Shown here piece after piece: positions 16,545 to 22,774 of a stretch of 32,417 bases of DNA. A model generated the notes under the pieces. It was not told the DNA's origin, ran no database searches, and saw nothing but the letters and a program-made list of their open reading frames with translations. Source of the DNA: a virus. Position 1 is the stretch's first letter, and each line of letters opens with the position of its first letter. The translations under genes and the position numbers were made by a program. The stretch is from the IMG/VR virus record IMGVR_UViG_3300045988_085672. One strand, given 5' to 3'.

Positions 16545-17234
16545 TCAAAACAGCGTTGTTTGCGTTGCCTTTTCCTGTTCCTCCAGCAGATCAAACAGGC
16601 GGATTTGCGCTTTCTCTTCTTCAAGCCGCCTGTTCGCCGCCTCGAAATATTTTGCATTGATTTCAAAGCCCACATAATCAAGCCCGCCGATCCGCTGGCA
16701 AGCGACAAGGGAACTTGCGCTTCCGGCGTGCGTGTCTATAATCTTCATACCCTTTCGGGCAAACAGGGATAAAACCCATTCATACAGCTTCACGGGCTTT
16801 TGCGTAGGGTGGATCGTCCCTTCGATCTGCAATTCAACGCGGTTCAACGTGAAAATCCTTGTCGGCGTGTCAAAGCTGGTGTATGCAAGCTCGCAATCGG
16901 ACATTGAAAGCCCGCGTTGCCCCTTGTCCCATATAAGCCAGCCTTTATGCGCCTGTTTCAGCATCGGAACAAAGTAATTCCCGCCCCATATGATTTGATT
17001 TTGTGATACCCGTTCAAGCTCTCTGAAATATTCTTCGGTCGGTGGCTTCTTGTCCCAGCCTTCCCGCGAATGCTCCTTCCTGTTGTGTTTTGGATTAGTG
17101 CAAACGCGCTTTCGCTGTCCGTCAATCCCGATCCCGTAAGGCGGATCGACAATCGCAAGATCGAAGAACCCGTCCGGAAATTCCTTCATTCCCTGCATAC
17201 AATCCAAATTGTAAAGCCTGTTCAATTCAAGCAA
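16545..17234 (-). CDS. DNA methyltransferase, beta class (N6-A or N4-C), DPPY motif
   Basis: 229 aa with a TTG start 9 nt after AGGAGG. Motif IV (IVDPPYGIG) is N-terminal and motif I (IIDTHAGSASS) is C-terminal. Confidence 0.85.
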   Translation of the reverse strand: MLELNRLYNLDCMQGMKEFPDGFFDLAIVDPPYGIGIDGQRKRVCTNPKHNRKEHSREGWDKKPPTEEYFRELERVSQNQIIWGGNYFVPMLKQAHKGWLIWDKGQRGLSMSDCELAYTSFDTPTRIFTLNRVELQIEGTIHPTQKPVKLYEWVLSLFARKGMKIIDTHAGSASSLVACQRIGGLDYVGFEINAKYFEAANRRLEEEKAQIRLFDLLEEQEKATQTTLF

Positions 17235-17375
17235 TGCCGATCGCCTCCTTTCTTTCTTCTCCCACCCCTCCGCCCCTCCCGCTGGGAGGGGAACAGGCTC
17301 AAAGGAATAAACCCAGCGCCCGATCCGTTATGCACATTTCCCCAGCTTTCATTGTGGAAAAGTTGAAGCCGCCTT

Positions 17376-17528
17376 GATAGATTTTCTTTCCCCGTCGCCG
17401 CCCTGCTCCTATCACTCACGGATCACCCCGTAAAGGTCAAGCGGCTTCGCCGTGCTTCGCAACCTTGACGGGCTGAACCGTTCGTGATCTCTGATAAACA
17501 GGCGACGGGGAATAAACGAAAATCTATC
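17376..17528. other. Large nested inverted repeat in a 377-nt non-coding gap (candidate origin or structured RNA)
   Basis: gatagattttc (17376..17386) pairs with gaaaatctatc (17518..17528). ttccccgtcgcc (17388..17399) pairs with ggcgacggggaa (17501..17512). Internal stems are gatcac/gtgatc and gtcaag/cttgac. Confidence 0.6.
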
Positions 17529-17611
17529 TTCAATGCTCCTTCTGTGATCGAAGCTGTGCTTCGTCGCCAAACGTTACACATTTACAAGGCTTTATAAACG
17601 CTGATCCGAAA

Positions 17612-18367
17612 TCAGCTTTTGCCGTCCTTTGCCGCTCGTTTGCGTTTCCGCTTCGGCGGCTCTAACACATACTTAAAATAAAGGTATCCATACTTTGTGC
17701 TTTTCGTTTCTACTAATATATAGCCCTTCGGCGGGCGCGGCGGCTTGCTCTCTGTGTAAATCCTTTTCGCAACGGTTGGCGTTTCCCGTTCCGGCTTCCG
17801 CGCGTTGCGCGTCTGCTTCCAACGGTGTCCGCCCTGCTCCGGTGTCCAATGGTCGAAAAGGTAATTCGCAAGCCCCGTGTAATCCTGTCCGTGATCTACG
17901 CCGTCGTAATAATTGTGTTCGCGTAGATGGTCGATCCGGACGATACTTCCGTAAATCCATTGTTTCTTGATCGCTTCTTCCGGTACGCCGTCCGAAAGCA
18001 TATGCGCGTGAATTCTGTTCGTGTTCTTGCCGCGTCCTAAATAAATAAAGATCACGGCATCGGGGAAAGCGTATTTCAGCCGCCGCACGAATAGATCGCG
18101 TATCCGCTTTGCTTCCTTGAAGGTATGTACTTCGTTTTCGTCGTCCAGCGTCAGCGTGCTATATAATGAACGCGGGGAAAAGTTTTCATTTACCAGCCGC
18201 GCGTGTTTTCTTCTTGATATTCCGATCCGGTGTTGTTCCCGTTTTTCCTCTGTCTTAAATCGCGGGCGCGGTTCGGCTTTCTTTATATCGGTAAGCCTGT
18301 CCGATATGTTGAAAACTTCCTGTTCGCATACAGCGCCCGAAAATATCCTTCTTTTTACTCTCTGCAT
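17612..18367 (-). CDS. HUH-type rolling-circle replication initiator (Rep)
   Basis: 251 aa. Motif I-like YSTLTLD, HUH motif RIHAHML, and Tyr motif DYTGLANYLFDH, in the canonical order. Confidence 0.6.
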   Translation of the reverse strand: MQRVKRRIFSGAVCEQEVFNISDRLTDIKKAEPRPRFKTEEKREQHRIGISRRKHARLVNENFSPRSLYSTLTLDDENEVHTFKEAKRIRDLFVRRLKYAFPDAVIFIYLGRGKNTNRIHAHMLSDGVPEEAIKKQWIYGSIVRIDHLREHNYYDGVDHGQDYTGLANYLFDHWTPEQGGHRWKQTRNARKPERETPTVAKRIYTESKPPRPPKGYILVETKSTKYGYLYFKYVLEPPKRKRKRAAKDGKS

Positions 18368-18384
18368 ACGTCAAGCCACCTTCC

Positions 18385-18413
18385 TTTGACAAGAAGCCGC
18401 CTTCGTGCTATAA
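18385..18413 (+). promoter_or_regulatory. Perfect consensus sigma-70 promoter on the plus strand
   Basis: TTGACA (18385..18390), exactly 17 nt, TATAAT (18408..18413). Confidence 0.75.
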
Positions 18414-18419
18414 TAACAA

Positions 18420-18500
18420 ATGTATTGAATAGCCTTAAACGGCGCACCCCTCAACGGGGAATAACCGTCCTGTACGCCCATACAGGACGGTTCTTTTTTT
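18420..18500 (+). ncRNA. Candidate ~80-nt antisense small RNA (countertranscript upstream of rep)
   Basis: It is bounded by the consensus promoter and a 12-bp-stem, T7 terminator. No ORF is present. It is antisense to the intercistronic leader between gene 18503..18886 and rep. Confidence 0.55.
18463..18500 (+). terminator. Strong rho-independent terminator, plus-strand specific
   Basis: aaccgtcctgta-cgccca-tacaggacggtt followed by cTTTTTTT. On the minus strand the hairpin is followed by attcccc, with no U tract. Confidence 0.8.
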
Positions 18501-18502
18501 GT

Positions 18503-18886
18503 CTATCCGTTGTTAAGCCCTTCGCCCTGCAAGAAATCTTCGCATTTTGTTTCCTCGCAAGGCTTGAAGCGCATTCCGTCCGCGCAACCGATGCACGGGA
18601 AAGGGCGTATCCCGTCCGGCGCGTATCCTTCGCGGATTTTCTCGCATTCCTCCAGCCGCGCGCATTGATCGCACCAGCACTTCCTGCAATCCCCGATTTC
18701 GGTTTTTACCGGATCGCGCTTTAACGGCTCTTCTGTTTCGTGTACCTCTTTAATATCGTTTGCCGCTTCCATCACGTCGTAAGCGTCCACGCCTTCCTTA
18801 AAGCCCCGAAGGAAGGCGGCGAACATAAACCCGATTGCCGCGCCAGCTTCTTCAAGCGTTGCCGCGTCTATCTTGATTTCGTCCAT
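18503..18886 (-). CDS. Cys-rich hypothetical protein
   Basis: 127 aa with a GAGAGGT RBS. The C-terminal half has about 11 Cys (CRKCWCDQCARLEECE..CIGCADG..). Confidence 0.6.
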   Translation of the reverse strand: MDEIKIDAATLEEAGAAIGFMFAAFLRGFKEGVDAYDVMEAANDIKEVHETEEPLKRDPVKTEIGDCRKCWCDQCARLEECEKIREGYAPDGIRPFPCIGCADGMRFKPCEETKCEDFLQGEGLNNG

Positions 18887-19028
18887 TTCCGTTACCTCTC
18901 TTCCTGTCGATCCTGCAAGTGCGGATAATTGCCACGATTACGCAATATACAATCAGCACCGCCACCGCAATACAGGCGATCCCGCAAAGCAGGAAGAAGG
19001 CGTTTTGCATAAATTCAAACATTGTCAT
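18852..19028 (-). CDS. 58-aa single-pass membrane protein (below the ORF-track cutoff)
   Basis: My translation is MTMFEFMQNAFFLLCGIACIAVAVLIVYCVIVAIIRTCRIDRKRGNGNGRNQDRRGNA. A GGAAGG RBS lies in the last codons of DGR target 2, and the ATG is 6 nt after that stop. Confidence 0.5.
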   Translation of the reverse strand: MTMFEFMQNAFFLLCGIACIAVAVLIVYCVIVAIIRTCRIDRKRGNGNGRNQDRRGNA

Positions 19029-19034
19029 ATTGCT

Positions 19035-19658
19035 TTACCTTCCTTCCCCGAAAACCTCTTCTGGCTGAACGTCCCACGCCGCCGCAATATGCTTCATCAT
19101 ATCCACCGCTTCGGCGCGTTTCTTCATATCCCCGTCAAGGTAAGATTTCAAGATTTCAGATTTCAGAACACAAAGCGGGCGAACGCCCCCGTCCCCGTAG
19201 CAAGCGCTGTAGTAGCTCAGCGTGCCACCGGAATAGACGTTGCGGACGTAAGAATTTTTCGGGCTGTCCGGTGTAGCCGTCCACCACCAAGCGTCCGGAA
19301 GCTCCGGAATGTTGCCGCGAAGAAGCCTGTATTCGTCGCACGTGATAAGCCCGACGCGGACGCGATCGCCGCCGTAGTCCTTCAAACCGTCGTCGGCTGT
19401 CAAGTCTATATCGAAATGCTCGAACATTTCTTCCGGCGCGCCCGCTCCGATCAACTTTTGCAGGAATTCGCCGTTCAAGAACGCGCGAATATCAGACGCG
19501 GCGAAATCGTTTCGGTTCTGCGCGTCAAAAGCGCCGTTTCCGATACACTCCGAAGCAATGCACTTCACCCAGCTTTCGGCGGTCTGAATGATTGTGAATG
19601 CGATCCCGCCGATCGTGATTTCCTGTTTCGGCGCGAAGCCGTGTTTGTTCTCTGTCAT
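19035..19658 (-). CDS. DGR target protein 2 (DUF6273-like / C-type-lectin-like variable domain), 207 aa
   Basis: Start at MTENKHGFAPKQ.. (ATG 19658). It contains ..WWWTATPDSPKNSYVRNVYSGGTLSYYSACYGDGGVRPLCVLKSEIL.., which is paralogous to the VR region of target 1. VR2 is embedded at aa ~137..162. Confidence 0.85.
   Translation of the reverse strand: MTENKHGFAPKQEITIGGIAFTIIQTAESWVKCIASECIGNGAFDAQNRNDFAASDIRAFLNGEFLQKLIGAGAPEEMFEHFDIDLTADDGLKDYGGDRVRVGLITCDEYRLLRGNIPELPDAWWWTATPDSPKNSYVRNVYSGGTLSYYSACYGDGGVRPLCVLKSEILKSYLDGDMKKRAEAVDMMKHIAAAWDVQPEEVFGEGR
19173..19250 (-). repeat. DGR variable repeat 2 (VR2), 78 nt
   Basis: It aligns to TR 449..526. There are 11 mismatches, all at TR plus-strand T (sense A). 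Homology stops abruptly after position 78. Confidence 0.9.
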
Positions 19659-19714
19659 ATTGAAAAGCCCCTTTCTTATATATAATAGGTATATCCGCAC
19701 CCGCTCGCGGGCGT

Positions 19715-20047
19715 TTAACACTTCTTGCCGCCGTGTCGATACGGGCGGCTTTTGTTGTATTCGTGCTTCTGCGAAATTGCCGCGTCAATGTCAATTCCCG
19801 CATATCCGCAATAATCAAGAACGCGGATAATCACGTCGGCAAGCTCGATCGGTATTCCTTCCGGCTTCCCGTTGTTTCCGGTGTAAACCTCCGTAGGCAA
19901 GCGCCCGTTGCGGTATTCCTCCAGCGCTTCGGATACCTCCGAATGAATGAGCGCCAGCACTTCGGGAAAGCCGCGTTCTTCGTCCCACCAGCCGTGATCG
20001 ACGGCGTTTTCGTGAATTTGCCTTGCAACCTCGTTAATTCCTGTCAT
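19715..20047 (-). CDS. MazG-like nucleotide pyrophosphohydrolase
   Basis: Start at MTGINEVARQIHENAVDHGWW.. The segments ..LIHSEVSEALEEYR.. and ..ELADVIIRVLD.. give the EExxE and ExxD style motifs. Confidence 0.75.
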   Translation of the reverse strand: MTGINEVARQIHENAVDHGWWDEERGFPEVLALIHSEVSEALEEYRNGRLPTEVYTGNNGKPEGIPIELADVIIRVLDYCGYAGIDIDAAISQKHEYNKSRPYRHGGKKC

Positions 20048-20363
20048 TGTTTGCGCTCCTTTCTTCTCCGCTTTTGTTTTCGTCTGCGTCCTTCTGGCAA
20101 TCGCACGTTTCCCCGTTGTCAAGGTGTGCGCCGCAATGGTCGCATATTTTGTACTTCATTTCTTCGTTACCTCCGTTCTTTGGAATAATCAGACGGCGCA
20201 ATCCGTCCGCGCATAGCGTCAAGCCGTGTTCGTGAAGGTAGGCGCGGCGGCGTTTCGCCTCTGCCGCTTCCCATCCGCAAGTAGGACATTCGGAAGTGTT
20301 GCATTTCTGAACCTCTTTCGGATTGATACCTAAAAGGCAGATATATTTGCTTTTCTCACTCAT
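20034..20363 (-). CDS. Zinc-ribbon hypothetical protein
   Basis: 109 aa with the Cys pairs CPTCGW and CDHCGAHL..CDC. Confidence 0.55.
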   Translation of the reverse strand: MSEKSKYICLLGINPKEVQKCNTSECPTCGWEAAEAKRRRAYLHEHGLTLCADGLRRLIIPKNGGNEEMKYKICDHCGAHLDNGETCDCQKDADENKSGEERSANNDRN

Positions 20364-20810
20364 TTTTCACCCGCTCCCCGTTATAGATAACTACCATAGA
20401 AGGGAAGGGCGCGGGATCGCTGGCGTTCCCGTCGTCGTCCGTGAAGCGAAGCCGCCCGCGAACAAAACGGATTTCCGCTTTCCCGTATATGTAATCGTGA
20501 AAATAGGTCGTATCGGTTCGAGCGGGAATAAGCAGTACAACGGCGTACCCCCCCCGCGTGCTTCTTCGTATGCCTTCTTTACCCACTTTCCGATCTCGCG
20601 TCCGTAAGGCGGATTGCAGAAAACCGCCCCGCCGCGATCCCAGCTTTGCGAAAGCCCGTCCGTTTCCGGCGTATAGTAAAGCGTGCATTTTGCCGTTTTG
20701 TCGGTCGCCGCCGCGTCAAGCACGAAGCCGAATTCTTCGTTCAGACGGTCGAAGAAGTCTTGCGGCGTACACCAATCCATTTTCTTTGAAGATAGAAGCG
20801 CACTATTCAC
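20356..20810 (-). pseudogene. Phage Dam-type N6-adenine DNA methyltransferase interrupted by a frameshift in a G8 tract
   Basis: ORF 20391..20810 gives the N-terminal half (..DWCTPQDFF..VFCNPPYGREIGKWVKKAYEEARGGG). ORF 20356..20688 gives the C-terminal half (YAVVLLIPARTDTTYFHDYIYGKAEIRFVRGRLRF..). The frames switch at ccccCCCC 20548..20555. Confidence 0.8.
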
Positions 20811-21249
20811 CGCCGCCAGCCTCCTTTCCGGAAATCGGTTTTGTTTTCCCGTCTGCGAATGCTTTTAACGCCTTCGCCTTGCTGGTGTATGTTTCCGCCG
20901 TTTCAATCCCGCAGATCGGGCAGTACACGAAGTATTCTTTGTTTTCTTCGTCGGCGTATATAACCGCGTTTTCAACTTCTCCGCCGCAATGTGGGCATTT
21001 TGTCTTTTTTTCTGTGAACCCTCGCTTCTTTTCGGTTTTCGGCGTATCCTCTGTATGTTCGTCGGAAAAGAGGCGTACAACCGCCGCAACCTGTTCAAAG
21101 TCCAGATAAACGGGCTTGTTCTCCGTAATTCCTTCAATGTTGTATCCGGTCGCTTGTCCGAAGCCGTTTTGCTTGATCGTGAACTTGTCGCACTTGATAG
21201 CGAATTCCGAACCGCTCTTCAAGATAACGCGGATCGTCATTTTAGGCAT
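20803..21249 (-). CDS. Lar-like restriction-alleviation zinc-ribbon protein (C-terminal half)
   Basis: Start at MPKMTIRVIL.. The segment ..KCPHCGGEV..YFVYCPICGIETAETYTSKAKALKAFADG resembles the Lar family. Confidence 0.5.
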   Translation of the reverse strand: MPKMTIRVILKSGSEFAIKCDKFTIKQNGFGQATGYNIEGITENKPVYLDFEQVAAVVRLFSDEHTEDTPKTEKKRGFTEKKTKCPHCGGEVENAVIYADEENKEYFVYCPICGIETAETYTSKAKALKAFADGKTKPISGKEAGGGE

Positions 21250-21907
21250 TGTCCGCCACCTCGCTTTCGTCCCCGACGATCTCGCCCGTAGCAGGATCGA
21301 CATTCAAGGAATATTGTTCCGGTTCAGCGGCACGCGCCAGCGCTTTCTCCCGCTCCCGAAGGTCAAGGGAAAGCGCGCATTGCTCCGTAAGCCTCTTCAA
21401 GTTATCGACAAACTGCTGGCTAATTACGTCATACGGCATAATCACCGCTTGAAGCAGGAAGCCCGCTTTCGCTACGATGTAGGGCGTTCCGCCGGGCGTG
21501 ATCCGCTCGTATAGCTCCAGCACGTCTAAAATATCGGATACGGGCGAAAGATAGCGGCTTTCGATGAACACAAGCCCGCGCCGCGTCTGCAACGGCTTCA
21601 AGGTCTTTCCAGAATAGGCGATCGAAATTGCTTCCCGCTCGACAGGCTTTTCGTTCGCGTCTGTGTCCTCGAAGCTGATTTCCGAAGGAATGCCCGCTAC
21701 TTGAACGAACCAATCTTCCCGCTGTTTTTCCGGAACGTCGAAAATTGTCAAAAGGCTTTCTTTGTCCAGCGCCGGAAGCCCTGTTACCGGATAAGCCGCC
21801 GCGCCGTCGCCGATGTATTGAACAACGCCGCCGCCTTCGGTGTACCGCTCATAAATAACGGCGTATTTGTTCTTCTTGCAGATCGCCGCGATATTTTTAA
21901 TCTTCAT
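21242..21907 (-). CDS. Hypothetical protein
   Basis: 221 aa from MKIKNIAAICKKN.. (ATG 21907, GAGGTGG RBS). I recognise no motif. Confidence 0.6.
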   Translation of the reverse strand: MKIKNIAAICKKNKYAVIYERYTEGGGVVQYIGDGAAAYPVTGLPALDKESLLTIFDVPEKQREDWFVQVAGIPSEISFEDTDANEKPVEREAISIAYSGKTLKPLQTRRGLVFIESRYLSPVSDILDVLELYERITPGGTPYIVAKAGFLLQAVIMPYDVISQQFVDNLKRLTEQCALSLDLREREKALARAAEPEQYSLNVDPATGEIVGDESEVADNA

Positions 21908-22151
21908 CTTCCGCCACCTCGCTTTCGTCTGCGTCGTCCCGCTCCGCAATCGGCGAAAGGTCAACGCGGGGAACGCGGATCGCCAGCGCGATTTGACAAC
22001 CGCAACGCGGACAATCAATCGCATTGAAGCGGGTAGGCGGTTTCGTTAAACACTCCGTAAACCCGCGCGGCTCTTCCGCAATGTAGATTTCTTCTTTTGT
22101 CGGCGTTACGCGGTATCCGCATACGCCGCACGTCTTTTTCTTTGTAAACAT
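21897..22151 (-). CDS. Zinc-ribbon hypothetical protein
   Basis: 84 aa with CGVCG and CPRCGC pairs. It has the conserved GGAGGGCTATTCAATATG initiation region. Confidence 0.6.
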   Translation of the reverse strand: MFTKKKTCGVCGYRVTPTKEEIYIAEEPRGFTECLTKPPTRFNAIDCPRCGCQIALAIRVPRVDLSPIAERDDADESEVAEDED

Positions 22152-22172
22152 ATTGAATAGCCCTCCTTTTGT

Positions 22173-22487
22173 CTAATATCTGCCGTAAACCCGAACGACG
22201 GTGAAGGGCTTGTCCGCCTTCGTCGCCGTTACGATCGCCGAAGTCATAAAGGATACGCGCAAGAAATCCCGCGCCGCCCGTTTTGCAAGCCTCCACGTAA
22301 TCATTCGCGCGTTAGGTTCCTGCATTGCGTCGCCGTCCAGCGGATACTCGCAAATAAGAACCGTGTTCCCGAACGGTCGCCGCGCTGGGCGTTCCTTCAT
22401 AAATTCTTTGTTGCCCTCTTTGCACTTCACAATTTCAAGCGCCTTCGGAAACTGCCATCCGCAGTCCTGCTTCTTTTCTTTTGCCAT
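22173..22487 (-). CDS. Hypothetical protein
   Basis: 104 aa with an AAAGGGG RBS. Confidence 0.55.
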   Translation of the reverse strand: MAKEKKQDCGWQFPKALEIVKCKEGNKEFMKERPARRPFGNTVLICEYPLDGDAMQEPNARMITWRLAKRAARDFLRVSFMTSAIVTATKADKPFTVVRVYGRY

Positions 22488-22505
22488 TGTTCGCCGCCCC
22501 TTTCT

Positions 22506-22760
22506 TCAAAGCTGAACTAAATTCAAAACCGCAAGAAGCCGATCCGTAATCTGCTTCCGGCGCAACTGCTTCAATATCGTTTCTTCGTTTGCGTCGTAGT
22601 TTTCTGCAAGCGTTACGAAATACTTCAATTCCGGATTTGCCCTTTGCCGAATCCCAAGACAGAAAAGAAGGTGATCCGTTACTTCCGCTTTGATCGGATA
22701 AACGGCAATTTCTCCCGTGTTCTTGTCGATTTCTCTACAAACGCATATCATTTCGCCCAT
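22506..22760 (-). CDS. Hypothetical protein
   Basis: 84 aa with a GAGAGGGG RBS. Confidence 0.5.
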   Translation of the reverse strand: MGEMICVCREIDKNTGEIAVYPIKAEVTDHLLFCLGIRQRANPELKYFVTLAENYDANEETILKQLRRKQITDRLLAVLNLVQL

Positions 22761-22774
22761 ATCCGCGCCCCTCT

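Noticed and set aside
17222-17419. 65-aa minus-strand ORF in the large non-coding gap
   Set aside because: It is Arg/Gly-rich, has no RBS, and overlaps the G-run/hairpin element and the methyltransferase start. It is more likely non-coding.
17420-17490. Possible tRNA (minus strand contains a GGTTCAGCC T-loop-like string)
   Set aside because: I could not build a cloverleaf. The flanking T-stem gives a 6-nt loop, and there is no acceptor or anticodon arm in register. The stems fit the larger nested inverted repeat instead.
19141-19170. Short tandem repeat agatttca x3 just 3' of VR2
   Set aside because: It lies inside the coding sequence (LKSEILKSYL) and is partly shared with the VR1 flank. 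I treat it as part of the conserved VR 3' flank, not as an independent repeat element.
20391-20810. Two separate small genes (139 aa and 110 aa) in the Dam region
   Set aside because: Together they reconstitute one Dam-family methyltransferase with the frame change exactly at a G8 tract. The tails after the shift (..TPLYCLFPLEPIRPIF.. and MHALLYAGNGRAFAKLGSRRGG..) look non-protein-like.
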